Origin: Camelus dromedarius
Taxonomy: Eukaryota
Reading direction: 5' to 3'
DNA: 64,000 bases
Assembly: GCF_036321535.1 (NCBI RefSeq)
Contig: NC_087443.1
Span: 76,756,001-76,820,000 of the forward strand
Shown here: positions 50,850 to 61,682 of the stretch, piece after piece
Position numbering within the stretch: the stretch's first letter is position 1
Layout of the letters: the number at the start of each line of letters is the position of its first letter
Position numbers and translations under genes: made by a program
Notes under the pieces: model-generated
What the model was told of the DNA's origin: nothing
The model's input: the letters and a program-made list of their open reading frames with translations, nothing else
The model's database searches: none

Positions 50850-53100
50850 CGTGGAACATTTCAAATACCTGAGCAAACTGAGAGAGTAACATAACGAACC
50901 CTCAGGTACCCACAACTGAGCTTCAGTAATCATTAGTTAGCCCTTTTAATAATCGTTTTTAACCGTTCACTCTGAAGCAATTTCATATGTACAAAGAGAT
51001 TGCAAAAACAGTACAGAGAATTCCCATGTGCCTTTACCCCAGCCTCTTCAAATGCTAACATATTACGTGACAATCGCAGAACAATTATAAAATCAGGACA
51101 TTAGCCTTAAACAGAGTTGGCTAACCCAGGGACCCCCACGCTGGTTTAATGTCACGCCCCCTAGTGCCCTTTACTCTGAGCAGTTCCTCGGTCTGTCTTC
51201 ATCTTTTAGGACCATGGCATTTTTGAAGAGTCCTGGCTGGTTCTTTTGTAGAATGTCCCTCACGTTTCCTCATGATGTAATTTTAGGTTATGCATTTCTG
51301 GCACATTTAATCCTGGTTGTGCATTTCCCAGACACAGTGCTGTGCCCTCCTGGTCCGTGCCATCGGGAGGCCCATGAGAGCGCTTTGCCCATGATGGGTG
51401 ATGGTCTCCTTGACCCTCTTCGGAGGTGCCTGTTCTCCACTGCAGAGTTACTGTTGTCCATTTGTGACTAATCAGTATCGTGTGTGGGGGGGAGGTGAGG
51501 GATGGGGGAGGTTGACACTATGTAAATATGCTCTTTCCTGTCATTCTTTCCCCTCCAACCTTGAGCATCTATTGACAGTTCTTACCTGAAACAGTTCATT
51601 ACCATGTTTGCCAAAATGGCGATTTCTGTTTCCTTCGTTCCTTCTAATTTGTTGATTAGATTTACCATAAGGAAGAGCTTTCCTTTTTCTCTCATTTACT
51701 TTTTTATTCTTTCCAACGTGGGCTCAAGGAAGTTTGTTTTATTCCATGAGTCACAGTCCATTCCTATTGTTATTTTGTTGCTCAAATTGTCCCATCTTTG
51801 GCCATCAGGACCTCTTTCTAGATGAATAACCGCTTGTTTTATCTATACCTCCACCTACTCCTCTCCCCTAGATTATTTTGCATCATCTCCCAGAAATCAT
51901 ATCACTTCATCTGTAAATATTTCTAAAGTCCCTAAAAGATAGTTCTTTTTTAAAAATGTTGATAATGTCATGATCACATCTAAATAATACTAACAGTAAT
52001 GCCTTAATTTCATCAAATATCCAGTCATTATTCACATTTCCCTAATGGTCTTATAATTATTTATGTGCTTGCAATTTGTTTGAATCAGGATCCAAGTGAG
52101 GTCCTTGCACTGTGCTTGGTGGGTGGGATTCTCCAGTGATTTCTAATCTGTCCCTTCGCACTACCCCCCCCCCATCTCCCTTTTGTTTCCCTGGGTTTTG
52201 TGGATTGCACTCCAGTGCTGTCCTTCCTCGTGCTCCCGTCCTCCCTGCTTCCTGTGTGTGGGTGCTTAGATCTAGAGGCTCAGAGTCTGTGTCAGTTTTT
52301 TGACAACTGCTTTCTAGGGGTGGTGTGACCCCCACTGGGAGGCACAGAGCATCCAGTTGTCTGCTTCTGTGGTGTTAGCAGCTACTGATGGTCGGTGCAT
52401 AACTCCGTTCGTTCATTAAGGGCTGCAGAATGGGATGTCTGAATTCTCTCATCCCTTCTTCATTTTCTCTCTGGATTTCTTCCATATAGGAAATTCCTCA
52501 CTATCTATTCCCCTGAAGGACAGTTCATATCGGAAACTCCAGATAAACGCCTGTTTCTTTCCTATTATTTGTTTTCAAAATAATGAGTTGATTCTCTAAC
52601 ACCTTCCAAGGTAACAAAGGAGATTTAAAACTACATACATCACTATAAATAAGTGGATAAAAGCACATTTGATGTGTTCCAATCCATTACCATTATAATT
52701 CATGCTCAAAGTATTGTATCTTTGATCAGTGGAAGCCTCTTCAAGCTGGTCTGAGTCCTGTTGACCTGACCCCAGAGGTCTCTGAGGTGTTATGAGCTGT
52801 TCGGACAGACTGAATCAAAGCCCCATATGCTTTGCACATCGCTGTGCTAGGCCTGGAATCTGCCATCCTTCCAAGGAGCCATGCTTATCTTTAGTGGAAA
52901 ATAGTATTTAGAAACCACAATCAGGACATTAATGGTTCTTACCGCTACTGAGTTGGTCATCATTTCCGAGCCTTATTAGTCCACAAGGGTCAAAAAAATA
53001 TGTATCTTTAAACATGAAGTACATCATGAGTTTATACTGAAACTTCTGATTCAGACTTAGGCCTGTGGGTTTTCACTTGATTCCATCCATCAGATGTCTG
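50850..53100 (-). mobile_element. Cluster of old L1M 3' UTR fragments
   Basis: T-rich degenerate L1MC/MD-like sequence; boundaries approximate. Confidence 0.5.
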
Positions 53101-53395
53101 TTTCCTTTCTTCATATCAAAAATCCTGTCTCTGTAGAATACCAACATAATCATTTGTTTTAGCCCATAATACGCACAAGAGTCATGAATCTCAAAAACAC
53201 GATGCTGTGTGAAAGAAGCCAGACACAAAAGAGTGGGTGCCACCACCAGTCCTGGCAGTGCCACCAAGACTGGGATAGTGGTGTGAGTGGCGTGGGCTGG
53301 ACTGCAAGACACGGCATCTCTGTGATGGCTGGTTAGTGAGTACAGAAAGGCTGATTACCGGTACTGTTAAAGATTTCTTTTTCTGACAGTTTTTT

Positions 53396-53411
53396 GTTTT
53401 GTTTTGTTTTG

Positions 53412-53440
<29 letters not shown>
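53396..53440 (+). repeat. (GTTTT)9 microsatellite
   Basis: Read directly from the sequence. Confidence 0.9.
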
Positions 53441-53442
<2 letters not shown>

Positions 53443-55394
53443 TGTTTGTTTGCTTAGAGCATATCCTTCTAGAGATTTTTCAGCCAAATACTGTTTTTTC
53501 AAGCTAAGGTTATTCTTTTCCTTTCTGGGTGGCAGAGGGTGGTGTGTCACCAAAAGGACCCTCCTTAAATTCACTTTTCTTCCAATTTTTAAGGGACTGG
53601 TTTTTCAGTATTTGAATTTTTTTTTCATAGTTATGTAAAATTTCACGTAGGTCTGAAATCAAATCCACGAAATAAGATATATTCCAGGAAGTCTGGCTTC
53701 TGTCCTTTCCCTTCTGATGCCTCCTGCCACGTCTCTCCTTGTAGCCATTTTTATAAATACTATGGCTTATCTTTCCATTTCTTAAATATCAACAACTGTG
53801 TATATATTTGTATCCTACTCATAGGATGCATTTGAGAGAATGAATTCTGAAGATAATTTGTTATCAAGAGGAAGCAAGGTTGACTGTTGGAATTTGAGTT
53901 TAAAAACCAATATTCAGGATTAGATAAGCACTGTGTTCACAACCATCTCGAACTACCCCCCAATGCCATGCCTCCCCCAACAAACAAAATAAAAGCCTGT
54001 CGCTGCCTAGAACATAAGACCAGAGGAACTGAAGAGTAAGACGTTATCTCTGGTTGTCTTTATGTGGCTGACCTTGGTTAATCCCTCTGCCCCCCCGACT
54101 TTTGTTTGTTGGGTATTTTCCAGTTACTTTCACGGTTGGCATCTTTTACATTCTGAATGAGAAACTGCCCTCCCCACACCCCAAAAAGGAGCCGAGGCCC
54201 TTTCGGGGGTCAAGTTGATCAGGCTTCTCATTTGGCAGGTACCAGGGCGTCTGCGGCCAGGGCTGAGGGTTTTGGATTCCTGGCGGGTCTGCTGTCTACT
54301 GGGTGGTCCCTGTGCTGTCCCGCAACGCGAGCATCTGTGGCTCTGGGGAGCTGAGGAATTGCTTTCTCTGGTGGCTCTGAGCTCATGTGGCAAAGCTGAA
54401 TCTTATTTACCTCCCACACTATCATTCTCTCTTTTGCCCTCAGATGTCATCACTGTCTCTCCTCTTGACAGACGGTTGAGTGGCAGTTGCGTGTTCTTAA
54501 TACCCCAACCCCACCGTTTTTCTACAGTGTTCATTAATGGTATTTGAGCCTCAGGATGTATAGACATTTCAAAGCAGTATTTCAAAATTAGACCATTTTG
54601 AATGAACTGTGTCTTATGCACAACGTAATACTTCTCTGTTCCTGCTTCTCTATTTTTAATGAAAATGGCTGTGAGCAGCTGTCTTGCTGAAGTGCCAGGC
54701 GGTGGCAAACCTTACATTTTTCAAGCTGCTTTAATCAATAAAGTTATCACCAGTCATTTCCCTTGGTAACTGCTTCTTCCCAGACCTAGGCTTGCTTCTT
54801 GCAGCTGAGGAGTTTCCAGCCTGCAGTCAGAATGGATATAACTCCCCAAATCCAATCTTCATTTTAACCTTTCCTCAATAGCCTAGAAATAATAGATTGC
54901 TGGTATTACTCTAATAGATTGGAAATTCAAACCTCCTCGAGGTGACCAGGCCCTTTCTAGGATTCAGTAATAAGGCAGAGAATAACATACCTTAAAGGTT
55001 GCTTCTAGAAATACCTAATTCTCATGGTTTAAGGCTTCTGAATCAGTGGGCGGTTTTATAGCTTCATACTAAAGCCCCAATGATATGAAGGTTTTGGCAA
55101 CTTTCCATAATCTAAGAGGTTCCATCAGTTGCCAGTTGTGCAGGTTTAATGGAAATTGGGACTGTTTAGACCAGAGTGCTTGGTCAGCACCAGAAGCCAA
55201 CATGCAGCAGCTTGGAAGCTGGGCGCACCCATTTCACAGATGAGGAGCCCGAGGCTTGGAGAGGATGGGCCTTAAATACTTGGCACACCAAATGTGCTGG
55301 GCACCCCGGGGATCTCCTGCATATCCAGGTATTTCATGAAATCCTTATTCCAATCCCCTGTCACAGGTACTTGCATTTCCATCTTAAGGTTAAG

Positions 55395-55570
55395 GCAGGA
55401 TCTCTCAGCCCTGCACTATTGGCATTTTGGGGCCAGGTCATTATTTGTGGTGGAAGGTACCCACCTCCTCCCCAAGTTGTGAAACCACAGATGTCTCCAA
55501 GACATTACCAAATGTCCCAGGGGAACAAAAGCCCCCCCCCCCCCCCCCCCCCCGTTGAGAACCAGGGCAC
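55395..55570. mobile_element. MER20-like hAT MITE with an internal C22 run
   Basis: CAGGATCTCTCAGCCCTGCACTATTGGCATTTTGGGGCCAGG..CAGATGTCTCCAAGACATTACCAAATGTCCC..GTTGAGAACCA. Confidence 0.75.
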
Positions 55571-58500
55571 TGGGGAATAGTCACAGAAAAGCCAACTATT
55601 GAAGCCAGTGTTACGCTGCTGATGAGGCACGAGGACCCAGTCCCCTCCAGGTCTCTGCTGTGCCCAGTCCTCTAGGAGGGGCCAGCAACATACCAGAATG
55701 TTTAGGTTCAGTCGTACAATAGCATTTTCTCTTTTGAAAAATATTAAAATACATCTTTTTGGCCCAATATAGAAAATAAAGTTAGACAAGATTTTGGGTG
55801 GTGAGGGTGAGCATCTTCAGGACAGCCTGTCAAAAATGGAGGTGAAAAGAGGGCGAAGTTTGTAGGTTTATCCAGAGAGAGCGGGGCATAAAACAAGGAC
55901 CTGCTCCATCATTTTGCTCGCAGGTTCTCAGGGTATTGATTCTAGCTACGGGGCCGTGGAGAGAGCCTGTGCCCTTGGTGGGGAGGCCTGTGGGTGAGGT
56001 ATGAATGTCCACGTGGGGCCACTTGGGGCCACTCATTTGTCTTACGGCCTCCTTCGCCTCAGGTATGTGTATGGAAGGCTTGTCTTCTCCTGTTTGTTGG
56101 CTGAATGCTCCCCTGGCCCATCCATCCCCCAAGCTGTGTTCATGGTCTTTGGTCTTTGGGCGTCTGTTCAGGGTTACTTGCCGTGAGCACCGGGAGAGAG
56201 AGGGCCAGGAGGAGTGACTCCTGCAGCCCCCTGCCTCCAGCCACGGGCAGGAGTTCCAGGAACTGCCAGCTCTGAGGTTGCCTTTGTGCTCTGTCTTGGT
56301 CATAAGGCACCTTTAAAATCTCATGTCTTTATTTTCCCTAAGACATTTCCTCCCCTAAAGCCTTTTTTTGAAAAGTTGATTTTATTTTCTCCTTAAAAAT
56401 CCTTAAAAATTTGATTATGAAGTGACTCCTGTTTGTTAAAGGAGATGGATAAAACTCAGAAAGTACAAGGGAAAAAATTGTTCATCCTTCCACTAATCTG
56501 GAATAACAGAAATCATGCTCAAGCTTTCCAGTTTTTTTGGTGTCTATATACATTGTTAACACAAAATTGGGATAATCCTGTACCTGCTATTTGAAACCTG
56601 ATCCCCCCCTCCCCTTAATATTGTATTGGGAACAGTTTCCTTCGTGCAAATGCAAGCACTTCCACAGAGTAATTTTTGTGCCTGCATAGCATTTCGTCAT
56701 ATGGACGACCATAACCTTCTTAAGCACCAGGCTGTATTCCCATCCTTACTGCCGTAATGCACTTTACCCATCCCCTATTGTTGGACATTTAGATTACTTC
56801 CAGTTTCTGCCTTGTACATAACCCTTGTACATACATCCTTTTGTGCATTTCAAATTATTTTCTTAGAAATCCTAGTGGCGTAGTTGTCAGGCCATGGTGC
56901 ACGTTGTTTATTTCTGTTTCAGAAACGTGGTGTCAGTTCAGCCTCCTTACCAGCTGTATATGCAATATATGCATGTGCTCATTTCCCAGCATCTTCACTG
57001 GCGCCATTGTTTCTTACTTTTTATAAAATAATTTCTTTGAGTTTTGCTGTGTTGATCTTACTCCTTATGAACGTGTCAGACGGTGGGGGAAATTCTTTAG
57101 TGCTGAGCACCCCCAGGTGCCCGAGAAGGCCTGGTTGCTCTGAGCCTGCAGACGGAGGGTCTTGGGCTCTTCTCAGTGCTAGATGTCCTCTCGAGGCCTC
57201 TGTGACTGGGGGTGTGTCCCCGGGGCTGAAGTGTAGGCTGAACCCACTGCTCCTTCACCAGCCCTGCTGTGTGCTGCCCCGTGGGAGGGAGAAGTGCCCC
57301 TCCCGGCAGAGCCCCGGGACGGCTAGAAACTTCAGGAAACATGGGCTTTCCTGGGAAAGCTCTTTGGCACTGGAAGTGTGTGTTCCAAACATCGTCCCCT
57401 GTGAGGATGGGTTCTTACCCTGGCACCTGGGATGGTGAAGAGGAGACAAGGGCAGACAGACCAGTATTTAAGAAGGGCAAATGAATGTTTTTTTTTAACC
57501 CAAACCCGAAAACCCACCTGAAGGGCTCTGGTGGCGCCTCTGGCTCTCATATCTCCGTTCCATCCGACCTCTTGGCGCGTGTCTCCGTCTTCCCTGAGCC
57601 ATATTGCAGTCAGAAAGGCAGTGCAGCCCAGGCCTGACAGGTAGGGTTTCTTTATTTCCCCCGACGGCGCACCTCTTGACCTCTATCTTCTCGCCAATGA
57701 TTTTTTAAATCCTAAATGATTTGGCAATAACTGCTCCTCCTTGTGTGATTATTGCCTTTCACCGACAGTAAATCTGCGAGATCCCCAGGGGCCCGAGGCG
57801 TTTAGGTATGCGGAGCCCACAAGCTGGCCAGACAGGCATCACCGCGCCGGGCGGCTGCACACCGTCGGCGCCCCTGGCCCCCGCCCCTCACACCCGGCTC
57901 TGGGCTCTGCCTCGGCCTGGGCAGCGGTTGTCACGCAGAACCACTGCTGCTGCTGCTCCTGCTCCGTATTCTTCCTCCAAGGGCCCAGATTTCTCTGGGT
58001 CCGTCTCCACCGGCCACATTGACAAATGTCCTGGCCCGGGAAGACCTGGGAGTCAGTATTCTGTAGCGGGAGGGATTTCTGCCACCTTGGGAATTTCTGC
58101 TACAAGCACATGTGTGCATGCACAAAATTTTATTTTACCCAGAGCTTGGAGGATGCCAGGCATGACGTTTAGTAAGTGGAAGACTCGTTTCATTTCCAAG
58201 GCACTCTCTAGCAATACAGCCCCCAGTAATGGACAGCTGGAACGCTGTGGATGTTCAGAGGCTGACCCAGCAGTGTCAAGACAACTCCTTGAGAAAGGCA
58301 AAGTAGATCCCATCCTGGGGCTTGTGGCTGGCCTGGCTGCCTAAGCCAGGTGCTCCCCTGCCCCCGCCCTCTGTCAGGTGAGCAGTGTGGTCGCCCAGGT
58401 GACCCTGGCTTTGCAGGTACCCTTGGACTCACAGTGGTCTCTGTGGCTGCCCCTACTCCAGGGAACACGCGTTTCCACTGGCTGCTGCTGCTTGGGTGAT

Positions 58501-59088
58501 TGATACTTCCACACAGCTGTGTGAGGGCTCGTAGACACGAAATTAACCCCATTTGGGCTTGGCAGTGTTTTCCCCAGCATCGGTCATTCTAGGGAAAAAG
58601 AAATTCCAATTTTACCATGTCTGGGTGCTCGTCCTTAGTGGCAGGATTTACTTAAAGGTGGTTTAAGGTGATTCACTTCAATGTATTTTAAAAGGAACTT
58701 TTGATCACTGCTGTAAATGGAAAACCAGAATCACTTACCATAAATAGATTACTCTAAAAATAAATGTAAACGATTACATTAAAGATGCACATCCTTGTTC
58801 TACCTGAAACCAAATAGTGTATGTATGCCCCGTACGCATAACACACTTGGGGGAACGTGCATTAACGCAGAGGAAAGATCAGAGAAAATTAGTGAAAAGT
58901 ATGAAGTTTAGAATATTCACTGGGAAGAAATGCAGTTTATTTCAGGTACATCTTACGTCTCACACGGCGGGTGTGGCTCCTTGCCGCTGGCAGAATTCTC
59001 GGCACTGTGGGCATCAGGTGTCGCCCAAGCTCTCCCGGGGGCCAGAGTCCCCCTGTAGCTTCTCTGATGGAGGCCCTGTGGCCTCTGC

Positions 59089-59225
59089 CTGTTTTGTTTT
59101 TGTTTTTGTTTTGTTTTTTTGCTTTCTGTTTCTTTTGTTTTTTTGTTTGTTTAATGGAGGTACTGGGGACTGAACCCAGGACCTTGTGCACGTGGGCTCT
59201 ACCACTGAACTATATCCCTCCTCTC
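59089..59225 (-). mobile_element. Short tRNA-derived SINE with an internal deletion and an expanded A-rich tail
   Basis: TSD TGGCCTCTGC at 59079-59088 and 59226-59235; the anticodon region is missing relative to the other copies. Confidence 0.8.
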
Positions 59226-60089
59226 TGGCCTCTGCTTGAGTGTCCTTAAGTGATGGGGGCCTGGTCCCTCTGAGGCATCCCCTGCTGACTGTTAGAAAAG
59301 CCTCCTATTTACCTGAAACTACCTCCCTGATGCGGCCCCAGCTCAGCCTTTGTCCTTTTCCACAAGCTCCTCTGATTCCTCTTTATTTGAAGGCCTGCTG
59401 GGGAGAAGTTTCCAAGGACATTTGCTTCAAGCTTATTGACCTGTGCTTTGGGGAATTCATTGTATGACCTGCCCTGGTTAACGGTGGCAGATGGGTCATT
59501 GGTACAAATGTGATCTCCTGCCGGGGAGGCTCTGACACCTTCCCCTAAGCCCCCTAACCTGGTTGACCTCTCTTGCCCTTGAGATTGAAGCGCAAAATCT
59601 CACCTCTAGGAAGCCTTCCCTGACCACCATCAATCCCATGAGGTCAAGCCTCACGGACCCCTGCACTTCTCCTCCCTGGCTATGTGTTTGTGCAGTTACC
59701 TGCCTTTGACTGTGAACTTCATGAGAGTGGGGACTATGTTTGTGACTCACCGTGTTTCCACCACCACTGACTCACTCAACAAACTTGTGTCAATCATCAG
59801 CTGAGTCCCAGGATTAGCACAGAGCCTGCCCTCAAGGGGCTCACACCTCTTGGAGGAGTGAGATGAATGACCATTATAAAGCAGCAGGTGCACACAATGC
59901 AAGGGGGTAATCACAGAGGCTTTGGGCAGGCCCCAGAACCCAGCCTCGGGGATGAAAGGTGGTGGCCATCTGAGCTGAGTCCCAAAAGATGGTTAGAGTT
60001 GGCCAGTGGAAGAAGAGGGGGAAGCAGGCTAGAAAGGTCACCATGTGCCCATGGGCATCCTTTCCACAGGTGTCCATTCTGTTGTGTAG

Positions 60090-61190
60090 AGCCATATTTC
60101 TATTTAGTACCATTTTCCTTTTGCCTGAAGGACTTCCTTTTACATTTCTTGTGTGTGGATCTGTTGGTGACGAAGTCTTATAGCTTTAGATGTCTGGAAA
60201 TGCCTTTATTTCACCTTTGCTTTTGAAAGATAATTTTGCTGCATATGGTGTATTAGGTAAGCACTCCCCCCACTTCCAGTACTTTTAAGACGGTGCTCCA
60301 GAAAGATGGTGTTCCGCTGTTTTCTCATGTGCATTGTTTTCAATGAGAAGTCTCATGTCTTTGTTTCTCTGTACATGTCTTTTATTTTCCTCTCCAGTTG
60401 TTTTTAAGATTTTTTTTTCTTGTCACTGTCATATGCAATTTGATTGTGTTGTGCCTTGATGTAGTTTTCTTCGTGTTTCTTGTTCTTGGTGTTGATTAGA
60501 ATCTTGGAGCTGTGGATTTATCATTTTTGTTGAATTAGAAACTTTTTCAGCCATTATTTCTTCAAGTGTTGTGTCTGTCTCTTCCTCTCTCATTTTACTT
60601 TCAGGGCATCCAGTTACACTAGGCCCTTTGAAGTGCTGTCATAGCTCACTGTTTCTCTGTTCATTTTTTAGAAATTAGTTTTTCTCCCTGTGTTTCATTT
60701 TGGATAGTTTCTGTTGCTGTGTCTTCAAGTTCACTAATGTTTTCTTCTGCATTGTCTAGTCTGGCTTTAATTTCATCAGTGTTTTTTGTTTGTTTTGTTT
60801 TGTTTTTTAAAGATTGTAGTTTTTATCTCTAGAACCTTGATTTTTGTATCTTTTCTTTTCCCTTCCGTGTCTCTACTTTGGGAACATATGGATACAGTTA
60901 CAATAACTGATTGAATGTCCTACTATGCTAATTCTCACAGCTGTGTCAGTTCCATGTCAGTTTTGATTCATTTCCCTCTTCATTGTGTGTACTGTTTGTC
61001 TTTTTTTGCATGTCTGATCATTTTTCAACTGGGATGCCAGACGTTGTGAACTTTACCTTTCTATATGCCCATAAATATTTTTGTGCTTTTTTCTTTGTTA
61101 AAGCACTTGGAAACAGTTTGATCCTTCCAGATCTTGCTTTTTGTAGTTGTATCTTCACTATTGAAAGCAAAACCGTCTAAACTTGGGCTA
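60090..61190 (-). mobile_element. Old L1M internal fragment
   Basis: Long T-rich tract with L1-like motifs (GATAATTTTGCTGCATATGG, AGCCATTATTTCTTCAA). Confidence 0.6.
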
Positions 61191-61590
61191 CAAAGATTTG
61201 CCAGAAATTCACTTAGTTTTCACAGAACCAACAGTTGGGAAAATAACCTGGTTACACACTGTTTAGCTGAAGGTAAAAGTCAGCCTGTGTTCAAGTAGCG
61301 GTGAGACAGTGTGGGCCTCCCCATGTGTCCCTGTGGCACCAGCTCACTTTGATACCTACTGATTGATTTTAAATTGCCCAGATACGCACCGTTCAGAGCC
61401 TCGGCCCGTGGTGGGCAGTGGGAGATATATTCAAGGTGGGTTGACTTTTAATCAGTACAGTGAGTGTTACCTTGTTTAATTTGTATGATGGTGGTTTCAA
61501 ACATCAAATCAAGAGGTTAATGGTGTCAAAAAAGATGAAGGAATAAAACTCTCCCGACATGATTTCTGAGTGCCTCTCCCTGCACGACAG

Positions 61591-61682
61591 GCCGTCATGA
61601 TCGGAGATGATATCGTGGGCGACGTCGGCGGTGCCCAGCGGTGCGGGATGAGGGCACTGCAGGTGCGGACGGGGAAGTACAG
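61591..61682 (+). CDS. LHPP: LHPP exon 6 (92 nt; [31 protein letters not shown]; motif IV D214/D219). The terminal exon is outside the window.
   Basis: Acceptor GACAG|GCC, donor AG|GTGAGT; GDDIVGD HAD motif; exons 1-6 sum to 716 nt. Confidence 0.96.
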
